Assembly (NCBI RefSeq): GCF_000981785.2
Contig: NZ_CP011304.1
Coordinates: 1,380,001 to 1,412,000, forward strand
Length of the DNA stretch: 32,000 nt
Origin: Microcystis aeruginosa NIES-2549
Lineage (GTDB): Bacteria; Cyanobacteriota; Cyanobacteriia; Cyanobacteriales; Microcystaceae
Direction of reading: 5' to 3'
The notes below the pieces were generated by a model, which worked only from the letters and a program-made list of their open reading frames with translations, was not told where the DNA came from and ran no database searches. Below are positions 1 through 8,548 of this stretch, piece after piece (positions within the stretch are counted from its first letter, which is position 1; each line of letters opens with the position of its first letter). The position numbers and the translations under genes are program-made.

Positions 1-82
1 AGCATTTGTCCTAAAATTCCCGATAGGCGGTTTAAATCCAGTACAGCTTATTATAGAAAAGGTTGATTGATCAGGTGGCAAT

Positions 83-568
83 ATGGCGCAATTTTCTCGC
101 AAAACTCTACTAACCTTGTTTGCTAGTATATTAGTATTATTATTCTCCTTGGCTCCAGCCCAAGCGCTAAGTTATAATAACCGCAATTTGACCGATAATG
201 ACTTTGCGGGGCAGGATTTGCGCGATTCCACCTTCGATCACTCTAATCTGCGCGGTAGTAACTTCAGTCATGCCAATCTAGAAGGAGTGCGCTTTTTTTC
301 TGCCAACTTGGAGGGGGCTGACTTTAGCGATGCCAATATGAGAAATGTGGATTTAGAATCGGCCCGTTTAACCAAAGCCAACTTTACCAATGCCGTTCTC
401 GAAGGAGCTTTTGCCACTAACATTTTAATCAAAGGTGCAATTATCGACGGGGCCGATTTTACCGATACAATTATTCGCTCCGATGTGGAAAAATATCTTT
501 GTGAGATAGCCACAGGAACTAACCCCATAACTGGCAGAAATACCCGCGATACCCTATTTTGTCCCTAA
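83..568 (+). CDS. Secreted/lumenal pentapeptide-repeat protein
   Basis: Signal-like N-terminus ([20 protein letters not shown]). It is followed by uninterrupted A(D/N)LxX-type pentapeptides ([46 protein letters not shown]). Confidence 0.85.
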   Translation: MAQFSRKTLLTLFASILVLLFSLAPAQALSYNNRNLTDNDFAGQDLRDSTFDHSNLRGSNFSHANLEGVRFFSANLEGADFSDANMRNVDLESARLTKANFTNAVLEGAFATNILIKGAIIDGADFTDTIIRSDVEKYLCEIATGTNPITGRNTRDTLFCP

Positions 569-720
569 TCGCGCTGTCATGACCGATCGAATTAGAGCCA
601 GATCGGCCATAATTGCTGTAAGCTAGTATTCGATTTTTTAACAAAACCTTTAGAATAGACTTTCAAGTAAGTCAGTTCGATCGATCAGTCCCCTCTTGGA
701 AAAAGGAAATTGTAACCATC

Positions 721-2652
721 GTGTCCACCAGTACCCTCGGCAATCAAGACAAAGAGCAGAAACCTAGTAGTGACTCGGATAGCTTTTTCCAAGGAGTCTC
801 TAGAGTCGCAGGGGGAACTGTTCTCGGCCTGTTGATGGTATCCACGGCCGTGGTGACGGGGGCTGTGGTAGGATTAGCGATTAGTTACCGCAATCTACCC
901 GATGTGAGGATTTTACGCGGTTACGTCCCCACGGAAACCAGTTATATCTACGATGTTAAAGGCAGACCCCTGACCAGCTTACACGGGGAAGCGCATCGGG
1001 AAGTGGTGGAACTCGATCAAATTTCTCCCAATCTAAAACGGGCCGTGATGGCGATCGAAGATAGCCATTTTTATCACCATCGTGGTATTAATCCTAATAG
1101 TATCGGTCGGGCAGTAGTGGCTAACTGGAAAAGTGGCGGTGTGGTAGAAGGTGCATCTACCCTCACCATGCAGTTAGTCAAAAATATCTTTCTTTCCCAT
1201 CAGCGTACCGTTAGCCGTAAATTAGCCGAGGCGGTCCTGGCAGTACGAGTGGAACAGGTTTTTAGCAAAAATGACATTCTGGAAATGTACCTCAATAATA
1301 TCTATTGGGGTCATAATAATTACGGAGTGCAAACCGCCGCTAAAAGTTATTTTAATAAACCCGCCTCCGAGTTAAATGTAGCAGAATCGGCGATGATGGC
1401 GGGAATAATCCAAGCGCCGGAAGTTTATAGTCCTTTTAATAATTATAAAACCGCCAAGGAAAGACAGGCACTGGTTCTCAGTCGGATGCGTGCCTTAGGT
1501 TGGATTACCCCCGCACAGGAAGAGGCCGCTTTAAAGGAACCACTGAAACTGGGTAAACCCACCGCTTGGCAAGAAAGTAAATTACCCTACGTTACCGATG
1601 CAGTGGTGGCAGAATTGCGGCAAAAATTTGGCAAAGAAACCCTAACTAAAGGGGGAATGCGGATTCAAACCACGATCGATCTCGACTTTCAAAACATGGC
1701 CGAGTCTACCATCCAAAGGGCCTATAATAGCTTGCGTCGTCGCGGTATTCGTACCAAAGACCTACAAATTTCTCTAGTCGCAGTGGATCCCCGCACCCAT
1801 TTTGTTAAGGCGCTCGTCGGTGGCGTTGATTACAATAAAAGTCAATTAAACCGGGCCATCCAATCCCGTCGTCAACCGGGGTCAGCTTTTAAACCTTTTG
1901 TCTATTATACTGCCTTCGCTAGTGGTCGTTTTACCCCCGAAACGGTGGTTAATGATGCTCCCATTCGTTTTCGCGAGGCTGGCGGCTTCTATAGCCCAAA
2001 AAACTACGGTGGCGGCTTTTCTGGTCCGGTTTCCCTGCGTAGCGCTCTGGTGCAGTCTCTGAATATTCCCGCAGTTGTTCTCGGTCGTCGCGTCGGGATA
2101 AATAAAGTCATTGAAGTCTGTCGTCTGCTGGGTTTCGAGAGTCCTTTAATTGCCGTCACTTCTTTACCTTTGGGTTCCGTGGATGTGACTCCTCTGGAAA
2201 TGGCGGGAGCCTACGCTACTTTTGCCAGTAATGGCTGGCATTCCGAGCCTACCTTTATCATGCGTGTTACTGATAGTCGGGGTAACGTCATGCTCGATAA
2301 TACACCCAAACCGAAGCTAGTTTTAGACCCCTGGGCCACCGCTTCCCTCAATTCTGTCCTACAGGGAGTTATTCGAGGGGGAACAGCAACCTCGGCCCAA
2401 ATCGGTCGTCCGGCAGCGGGAAAAACCGGTACTACCGATAACGAGAAAAATGTCTGGTTTGTTGGTTATGTTCCCCAATTAGCCACGGCAGTGTGGATTG
2501 GAGATGACCAAAACCGCACTTTAGGTAAAGGTATCACCGGTGGCGGTTTTGCCGCTCCCATTTGGCGTGATTTCATGGCACAAGCACTTAAAAATGAACG
2601 GGTAGAATATTTTCCTTCTCCTTCCAAATTCCGCAAACCAACAGTTAAGTAG
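721..2652 (+). CDS. Class A penicillin-binding protein (PBP1A family transglycosylase/transpeptidase)
   Basis: N-terminal TM anchor. GT51 motifs EDSHFYHHRGI, GASTLTMQ, RKLAE. Transpeptidase motifs SAFKP (SxxK), SLN (SxN), KTGT. Starts at a GTG; the next in-frame ATG would remove the membrane anchor. Confidence 0.92.
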   Translation: MSTSTLGNQDKEQKPSSDSDSFFQGVSRVAGGTVLGLLMVSTAVVTGAVVGLAISYRNLPDVRILRGYVPTETSYIYDVKGRPLTSLHGEAHREVVELDQISPNLKRAVMAIEDSHFYHHRGINPNSIGRAVVANWKSGGVVEGASTLTMQLVKNIFLSHQRTVSRKLAEAVLAVRVEQVFSKNDILEMYLNNIYWGHNNYGVQTAAKSYFNKPASELNVAESAMMAGIIQAPEVYSPFNNYKTAKERQALVLSRMRALGWITPAQEEAALKEPLKLGKPTAWQESKLPYVTDAVVAELRQKFGKETLTKGGMRIQTTIDLDFQNMAESTIQRAYNSLRRRGIRTKDLQISLVAVDPRTHFVKALVGGVDYNKSQLNRAIQSRRQPGSAFKPFVYYTAFASGRFTPETVVNDAPIRFREAGGFYSPKNYGGGFSGPVSLRSALVQSLNIPAVVLGRRVGINKVIEVCRLLGFESPLIAVTSLPLGSVDVTPLEMAGAYATFASNGWHSEPTFIMRVTDSRGNVMLDNTPKPKLVLDPWATASLNSVLQGVIRGGTATSAQIGRPAAGKTGTTDNEKNVWFVGYVPQLATAVWIGDDQNRTLGKGITGGGFAAPIWRDFMAQALKNERVEYFPSPSKFRKPTVK

Positions 2653-2767
2653 ATGGTTAATCTAATTGGTTTGATCGTAATTTATTGATCGAGTAAAGGT
2701 GGCTATGTTAAAAATGAAACCCACGCTTTGAGCCTTCAGGTTTCCTACGATTAATAGGTAAGTTACC

Positions 2768-3049
2768 ATGAGTACCATCCAAGTTCAAATTCCCGACTCA
2801 TTACAGAAAAGTTTAGATGATCTAGCGGCTCGTGATGGAATTTCGATCGATCAATTTATCTTTACTGCGATCGCTGAGAAACTTTCAGCGTTGATGACAG
2901 AAAATTACCTAATAGAAAAGTCCAAAAAGGGAAGTCGAGAAAAGTATCAGGCAATCTTAACAAAAGTTCCCGATGTTGAGCCAGAAGCCTATGACCAGTC
3001 AAATATGCCTGAATCGTCGGTAAGCAACCCAGATAAAGTTCATTTATAA
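2768..3049 (+). CDS. Ribbon-helix-helix (HicB/CopG-like) antitoxin-type DNA-binding protein, no cognate toxin adjacent
   Basis: The N-terminus MSTIQVQIPDSLQKSLDDLAARDGISIDQFIFTAIAEKL has the beta-strand/helix/helix pattern of RHH antitoxins. The C-terminal tail is acidic. Confidence 0.55.
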   Translation: MSTIQVQIPDSLQKSLDDLAARDGISIDQFIFTAIAEKLSALMTENYLIEKSKKGSREKYQAILTKVPDVEPEAYDQSNMPESSVSNPDKVHL

Positions 3050-3460
3050 TAAAGTCACAAAAAAAACCTTTGCTTGAACCGATGACGACTTCCTTGACTG
3101 AGAGTCTCACCCTTGAAGATTTCCTCAAATTGCCATATTTGGAGGATTCTCCAGCATGGGAATACTTGCATGGAGTCGCAATTCAGAAACCCATGCCTAA
3201 GACTCGACACTCTATCCTGCAAAAACGTCTTTTAGCTGCGGTTGACAGCCACACTGTTGATTATACAGCCTTACCTGAGTTGCGATGTACCTTCGGCGGG
3301 CGTTCGATCGTTCCTGATGTGGCGGTAATTGCATGGAATCGAATTAACCTAAATGAAGCAGGTGAACCGGAGGACGACTTTAGGGAAGCACCTGATTGGA
3401 CTATCGAAATTCTTTCACCGGATCAAAAGGTAAACCGTGTAATTGACAACATTTTACATT

Positions 3461-4606
3461 AGACCTCTCCATAATTTAATTAAATCACAATATATAGGAT
3501 ATAATAAAACAAATAGTAACTCAAAAAAGCCATGAAAAACTACACTTGGGAATACATTCAAAAATATCCGAAACAAACTAAAAGACTATTAGGAATTGAC
3601 TACCAACAACTAGAACAACTGATGGCACTTGGAAAACTTATACATCGGAAAAACCAATCAGAAATCGAAAAAACCAAAATTAGGATTAATCAACCAGGAA
3701 GCGGAACACCTCCTAAATTATCAGAAGAGGAACAAATTGTTCTAATGTTGGTTTATTTAAGACATCATCTAAGCTTTCAAATCTTAGGACTAATATTTCA
3801 AGTGAGTGAATCAACGGCTCATAATATCTTTACCTATTGGCAAAAACTTTTTGAAGGAGAGTTACCGCCAAGTTTGTTAGAACAAATAAAGAAGTGCCAA
3901 GAAGAGGAAATAATAATTGAACAATTAAGGGATTATGAGTTGATTGTCGATAGCGCAGAACAGCCCGTGGAGAGGCCGACCGATTATCAAGAACAAAAAA
4001 TATATTATTCGGGAAAGCAAAAAAGACATACTTTAAAAAGTCAATTTATTGTCTTGCCAAAAGCTGAAGATATTGTTGATGTAGTTATTGGTCAACCTGG
4101 TCCGACGAGCGACATAAAAATCTGTCGGCAAACTTTAAGCAAATTCGATTCTCAACAAACTTTTATTGGAGATAAAGCTTACCTAGGAGAAAATCAAATC
4201 AGAACTCCTGATAAAAAACCTAAGAATGGAGAATTAACCGAGAATCAAATTAAAGAAAATAAAGTTTTATCATCTCGGCGAATTTTTGTTGAGCATTTAA
4301 TTCGAGTTGTCAAAGTATTTAAAGTAGTTCAAGAAAGATTTAGATTAAATAAAAGTCGATATAAATCGGTTTTACTGACCGTTTGTGGCTTAGTAAGGTT
4401 GAGAATTAGTGCGCTAATTTTAGAAGTAATAGAAGGGGAGCAATCAGGGGAAGTAATTGACGTTATAATTAGCCATAGTTTTCCGTCAAAATTGGATTTT
4501 GTCTCTTCAAACCCTGATTAATCGGTTTTGAGAGCTAATTTTGACTCTTGGTCTAATCTGCCTCTCTTCCTTGCTGTGACTGACTTATAAATTTTTGGAG
4601 AGGTCT
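3461..4606 (+). mobile_element. Insertion sequence (about 1146 bp) with an HTH_Tnp_4/DDE_Tnp_4 (IS5/Harbinger-like) transposase
   Basis: Perfect 11-bp terminal inverted repeats: AGACCTCTCCA (3461-3471) and TGGAGAGGTCT (4596-4606). ATT flanks both ends (3458-3460, 4607-4609). One complete transposase ORF. By eye it is more AT-rich than its flanks. Confidence 0.8.
3532..4521 (+). CDS. IS transposase, DDE_Tnp_4 type
   Basis: HTH region LSEEEQIVLMLVYLRHHLSFQILGLIFQVSESTAHNIF. DDE-type blocks LIVDSAEQPVERP, YYSGKQKRHTLKSQ, IGDKAYLG, RRIFVEHLIRVVKVFKV. No internal stops. Confidence 0.85.
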   Translation: MKNYTWEYIQKYPKQTKRLLGIDYQQLEQLMALGKLIHRKNQSEIEKTKIRINQPGSGTPPKLSEEEQIVLMLVYLRHHLSFQILGLIFQVSESTAHNIFTYWQKLFEGELPPSLLEQIKKCQEEEIIIEQLRDYELIVDSAEQPVERPTDYQEQKIYYSGKQKRHTLKSQFIVLPKAEDIVDVVIGQPGPTSDIKICRQTLSKFDSQQTFIGDKAYLGENQIRTPDKKPKNGELTENQIKENKVLSSRRIFVEHLIRVVKVFKVVQERFRLNKSRYKSVLLTVCGLVRLRISALILEVIEGEQSGEVIDVIISHSFPSKLDFVSSNPD

Positions 4607-4878
4607 ATTGTTTAAAACATGGCAGTAAATTAGGATGGATGCTTGATCCAGATGATTATTCTGTTTTAATGTTTACTCCCCAACAAGAGCCGGAAGTTTG
4701 CAGAGGGGATGACCAACTTAAGGTAATTGCAGGGGTTCAGTTGACACTGACTCCACAACAAATCTTTGCATGGCTAAAAGTTGGTCAAGCTAGACAAAGT
4801 AAGTAGAAGTCTGGGGAGAAGCACAAGGACTAACTTGGTCGTTAGACGAAATTCAATAATAAACGGATTTAGTATAAA

Positions 4879-5688
4879 ATGTCAAAAATTAAAAGTCCTC
4901 TGCGCTATCCGGGGGGGAAATCCCGGGCAATTAAGCAAATTTTGCCGCAAATTCCTGTCAATATTGGGGAATATCGAGAACCTTTTTTTGGTGGTGGTTC
5001 TGTATTTTTTGCTGTTAAGCAACTCTTTGGACAACAAATAAAAACCTATTGGATTAATGACTTAAATTATGATTTATATTGTTTCTGGCAATGCGCTCAA
5101 GAAAATATTGAGCTTTTGGTAGCAAAGATAACAGAAATTAAACAGAAATATGATAGCGGACGAGAATTATTTCAAGATTTGACAAGGGAAGATTTAAAGT
5201 TAACCGATTTTGAAAAAGCGGTGCGTTTTTTTATCTTAAATCGGATTACTTTTTCGGGAACAGTGGATTCGGGGGGTTATTCCCAAGCGGCTTTTACCAG
5301 TAGATTTACTGATTCATCAATTGCCAGATTAACTCAAATTGCGCCGTTATTATCATCGGTAAAAATTACTAACCAAGACTACGAAGAATTATTATTTGCT
5401 GAGGGAAAAGAAGTTTTTATCTTCCTTGATCCCCCCTACTATAGTGCCACAAAATCCCGTTTATACGGTGTAAGAGGTAATTTACATACTAGCTTCGATC
5501 ATCAACGTTTTGCCGATAATATGCGTCAATGTCAGGCTAAATGGTTAATTACCTACGATGATTGTCCAGAGATACGAAAACTCTTTGATTTTGCCCATAT
5601 TATCGAGTGGAATCTTCAGTATGGCATGAATAATTATAAACAAGGAGCGGCGGCATCCGGTAGGGAATTAATGATCAAAAATTATTAG
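4879..5688 (+). CDS. Dam-class (D12) N6-adenine DNA methyltransferase
   Basis: N-terminal LRYPGGKSR and FFGGGSVFF (AdoMet binding). Catalytic FLDPPYY (DPPY motif). Size is typical of Dam-family enzymes. The GATC specificity is inferred, not shown. Confidence 0.85.
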   Translation: MSKIKSPLRYPGGKSRAIKQILPQIPVNIGEYREPFFGGGSVFFAVKQLFGQQIKTYWINDLNYDLYCFWQCAQENIELLVAKITEIKQKYDSGRELFQDLTREDLKLTDFEKAVRFFILNRITFSGTVDSGGYSQAAFTSRFTDSSIARLTQIAPLLSSVKITNQDYEELLFAEGKEVFIFLDPPYYSATKSRLYGVRGNLHTSFDHQRFADNMRQCQAKWLITYDDCPEIRKLFDFAHIIEWNLQYGMNNYKQGAAASGRELMIKNY

Positions 5689-5772
5689 TGCGATGCCGAT
5701 ATATTCTATGCTATTAATCACAGCAAAAAAGCTGAATACTGACCACTGCCTGCAGCGGCAAAACTAAGGGGT

Positions 5773-6630
5773 TCAATCTAGACGCAGTTTACTGATAATT
5801 CTTTGACAATAGAGTTGAATTCCTTCTAACTTAGCTAGGGAAAATTTGGGTTTAATGGGAAGGATCAGTAAAGACATAAAACTCATCCGCAGCAAGCGAT
5901 AAACAAGGATAGTTAAAGTCGTATGTTTTTCGAGACTGAGAAGATAACTATAGATATTATGAGTTAGTCTTAGATAACCATAGCGACGGGTGATAGAAGA
6001 TGGTTCATGAATAATTTTAATCTGATTGGTAACAACGACTAAATAGCCTTGATTTGCGTATCTTCGGGAAAAATCAAAGTCTTCGTAGTAGAGAAAGTAA
6101 TCGGGATCGAAATGGGGACAAGTGGAAAAATTAGAGAAATTAATTAATAAACTGCATCCCGTCACCCAGTCGGGAACAAGATAGGGTTTATCTCGATAGT
6201 CTAAGGATTCCTCCACCACGTTAATTGTGCCGATTTTGGCATTAAATTTTCCCCAACCAAACCAGATTTTACCATCTGGTTCGTAAATTTCTGTACCGGC
6301 GATGGCAACTTCCGGATATTGCTGAAAAAATTTGCTTGCTTTCTCCAGAGAGTCCGGTAATAAGTAAGCGTCAGGATTAACTAACCAAACGATAGCTTTT
6401 CTGTCTTGTTGATAAATCCAATCAAGTCCTAGATTACATCCTTTCCCAAATCCTAAATTTTCCCCCGCTTCAATAATCTTGACTCTTTGCGCTGCTAGAG
6501 ATTGGATATTTTTATCTTCAGTAGAATTGTTAACAATGATGAGAGTAGCAGATAAGTCATCGTTGAGGGAAGCGATTAAACGCTTAATTAATTCCGCGCA
6601 ATTGTAGTTAACCGTCAATAGATAAATCAT
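5773..6630 (-). CDS. Family 2 glycosyltransferase
   Basis: MIYLLTVNYNCAELIKRLIASL... IIVNNSTED ... ENLGFGKGCNLG ... NPDAYL are typical GT-A/GT2 signatures, including a DxD-like NPD. Confidence 0.8.
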   Translation of the reverse strand: MIYLLTVNYNCAELIKRLIASLNDDLSATLIIVNNSTEDKNIQSLAAQRVKIIEAGENLGFGKGCNLGLDWIYQQDRKAIVWLVNPDAYLLPDSLEKASKFFQQYPEVAIAGTEIYEPDGKIWFGWGKFNAKIGTINVVEESLDYRDKPYLVPDWVTGCSLLINFSNFSTCPHFDPDYFLYYEDFDFSRRYANQGYLVVVTNQIKIIHEPSSITRRYGYLRLTHNIYSYLLSLEKHTTLTILVYRLLRMSFMSLLILPIKPKFSLAKLEGIQLYCQRIISKLRLD

Positions 6631-6694
6631 TACAGATAAAAGTTAGGAGTCACTGGCAATTAACAATGGTTAGAGAATGGCTTTTCCGTGCTAA

Positions 6695-8299
6695 TTACTT
6701 TTTTTGGAGACGACAGAGATTAAAATTTTCAATTTTACTAGGAAAGGGTTGACAATTTTGGAAATCAATAACGAGATTTTCTTTAGCCAAATCTTCCACT
6801 ATATCAGGGGATTTTTTATTAAAGTCCGTCTGGAGAATGTAGAGAGATTCTGGGGGAGTATTAGCAATAAATGTCTCGGCATTTTTTCGCATTAAAGTTC
6901 CCTCACTGACTCCCATATTCCCTCGCAATCGCACAAAACGAGTCGAAGCGGGAAAATGGGGAACTAGATAACCCGTTCCTTCATCTCCCCAGATAACAAT
7001 CGTGGAATTTTCGTAGGGTTTTAATGCTTGACTATCGATACCAAAATAATTATCTGACCATCCCATTCTCCACCAGTCTAAGGGTTTGACTGTAGCGGCA
7101 ATTAAGGCAAAAATAGCGATAGATATTATAAAAACTGTCCTTTTATGAGGATAAAAATAGGCAATAATCAGGATAATTAAAACCGGTGTGATTAACTCTA
7201 GAACCATCAGATAACGATAAATAGAAAACCCCTTTAACCAGATCAGATAGGCACTACAATAAAAAGGTAGTAAAAATCCGAGAATGGGTAAATGGACTAA
7301 ATTATTTTTTTGCTCTAGAGAACGGCGAGAGGTGTAGCGATAAATAATTACTCCCAGAAGAATAACAATTAAAAGATAGGCAATAGCAAAACGAGTCTCT
7401 TTAAATTTTACCTCAGCCACTAGGGTTTGTTCCTGCACAAAATAAAAGGGATAAAATAAAAATTGCCAAACATCTTTCGGTAAAAAGCGTACATCTTGCA
7501 GGTTAAAATCTGTTTCGATGTAGGGAGATTGAAAAATTTTGTTGAAGAAGGGAAAAAGGGGATTAGCAAAATTAGTCCACATCAGGATTATCCAATAACC
7601 CATCGTCAGGGAAAATCCCACAGCCATAGAGAGAATTAAGGACAGAAGATTACGCAGCTTTTCCCTGATGGTATTGGTTAAAAAACTAATCGCCACGATT
7701 AAACTGATACTATACAGTGCCGTGGTCAATTTTAGTCCTGTTGCTAGTCCTAAAAGCAATCCTGCGAAAATTATAGTTTTAACCTTAACCGGTTGATTAC
7801 GACCAAGACAAGCGATAATTAAAAATAATCCTGCCAAAACAAAAACACTGCTGGTACTATCACCAATACTGGTTCCCAACTCTGATAGAAAAGCTGCCCC
7901 AAAAATACTGGTAATTGCTGCCGCTATGCTTAAAGTTATCTTGTATCTTTCGGAAACTTTATCGAAGGAGTGATAAGTGATTAAATGAACCAACCACTGA
8001 TTTAATCCATGAAAACCTCCCAAGAAAAACCCGACCACCACAGGAGGTAGTTTTAAGTAATGGATAGCAACGAAAAAAGGAACATCCATCAGAGGATTAA
8101 AGAAAGTTTGTATCTGCGCGGGTAGGACATCATACTTAAATCTTCCTGTCAATAACATATAGGGATTATAAAAATGATAATTGCGTAAATCCCAGCTAAC
8201 ATCTTGACCTAAGATAACTGATAAAATCCCTAGTCCGATAAAATAAACTACTGCCCAGAAGAGGGGATGAGTCAGGGTGAACCGTTTTAATAATGCCAT
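6695..8299 (-). CDS. Polytopic membrane protein, GT-C-like glycosyltransferase candidate
   Basis: 534 aa with more than 10 predicted hydrophobic helices. An acidic motif follows the first helix (GQDVSWDLRNYHFYNP). The soluble C-terminal domain is about 120 aa. It lies 65 bp upstream of, and co-oriented with, the GT2 gene. Function is inferred from architecture only. Confidence 0.5.
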   Translation of the reverse strand: MALLKRFTLTHPLFWAVVYFIGLGILSVILGQDVSWDLRNYHFYNPYMLLTGRFKYDVLPAQIQTFFNPLMDVPFFVAIHYLKLPPVVVGFFLGGFHGLNQWLVHLITYHSFDKVSERYKITLSIAAAITSIFGAAFLSELGTSIGDSTSSVFVLAGLFLIIACLGRNQPVKVKTIIFAGLLLGLATGLKLTTALYSISLIVAISFLTNTIREKLRNLLSLILSMAVGFSLTMGYWIILMWTNFANPLFPFFNKIFQSPYIETDFNLQDVRFLPKDVWQFLFYPFYFVQEQTLVAEVKFKETRFAIAYLLIVILLGVIIYRYTSRRSLEQKNNLVHLPILGFLLPFYCSAYLIWLKGFSIYRYLMVLELITPVLIILIIAYFYPHKRTVFIISIAIFALIAATVKPLDWWRMGWSDNYFGIDSQALKPYENSTIVIWGDEGTGYLVPHFPASTRFVRLRGNMGVSEGTLMRKNAETFIANTPPESLYILQTDFNKKSPDIVEDLAKENLVIDFQNCQPFPSKIENFNLCRLQKK

Positions 8300-8548
8300 A
8301 ATTTAATCAATAATTTTGGTGAATTCGACGAGAAAACTAAACCCAATAGGACTGTTTACTTTCAGCAAAAGCCAATCAGTTATTAGTTTTTATTGTGCCA
8401 TTAAACCAATGACTAGCTCTGGGATGAGTCGGCCTTTTAGCTGATAGCTTTTTACTTGATATACCATGTTTGGCTAACAAATACAAACGGAAACTTTTGA
8501 CTCCAAAAAACGTCTTTGGGCAAGTTGACCAAATTTTGATATACTAAG

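Larger units (their letters stand above)
3070..4806 (+). pseudogene. Uma2-family (DUF820) endonuclease gene split by an IS insertion
   Basis: The N-terminal part (probable ATG at 3082, to 3460) ends at a stop created at the IS boundary. The C-terminal part continues in frame at 4609-4806 (CLKHGSKLGWMLDPDDYSV...AWLKVGQARQSK*). Removing the IS restores ...DNILHCLKHG.... Confidence 0.75.

Noticed and set aside
268-528. Antisense or overlapping ORFs from the six-frame track: 268-528, 2862-3128, 6704-6895, 8688-8915, 9199-9456, 9514-9786, 10902-11126, 12608-12799, 14148-14372, 14503-14751, 16408-16620, 17482-17697, 18264-18512, 19129-19543 (three ORFs), 24103-24615 (two ORFs), 25974-26213, 26618-26806, 28547-28771, 30353-30595, 30854-31072, 31300-31551, 31608-31826.
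   Set aside because: Each lies inside, or mostly opposite, a longer ORF with clear family motifs. Their translations are low-complexity or Pro/Arg/Ser-rich, as expected of shadow frames. No RBS or motif support.
578-609. Imperfect hairpin (atgaccgatc ... gatcggccat) after the pentapeptide-repeat gene as a terminator
   Set aside because: One mismatch in a 10-bp stem, a 12-nt loop and no following T-tract. It is built from the ubiquitous CGATCG-type palindromes, so it is likely incidental.
4781-5041. 86-aa ORF overlapping the end of the Uma2 fragment and the start of the Dam gene
   Set aside because: It starts at a TTG inside the Uma2 C-terminal frame and is out of frame over the well-supported methyltransferase N-terminus. 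It is a shadow ORF.
3070-5688. Uma2 + Dam methyltransferase as a type II restriction-modification pair
   Set aside because: Uma2/DUF820 proteins are abundant, multi-copy cyanobacterial genes not established as cognate restriction enzymes. The two genes are separated by an IS and about 70 bp, with no coupling. This is kept only as a low-probability alternative in the findings.
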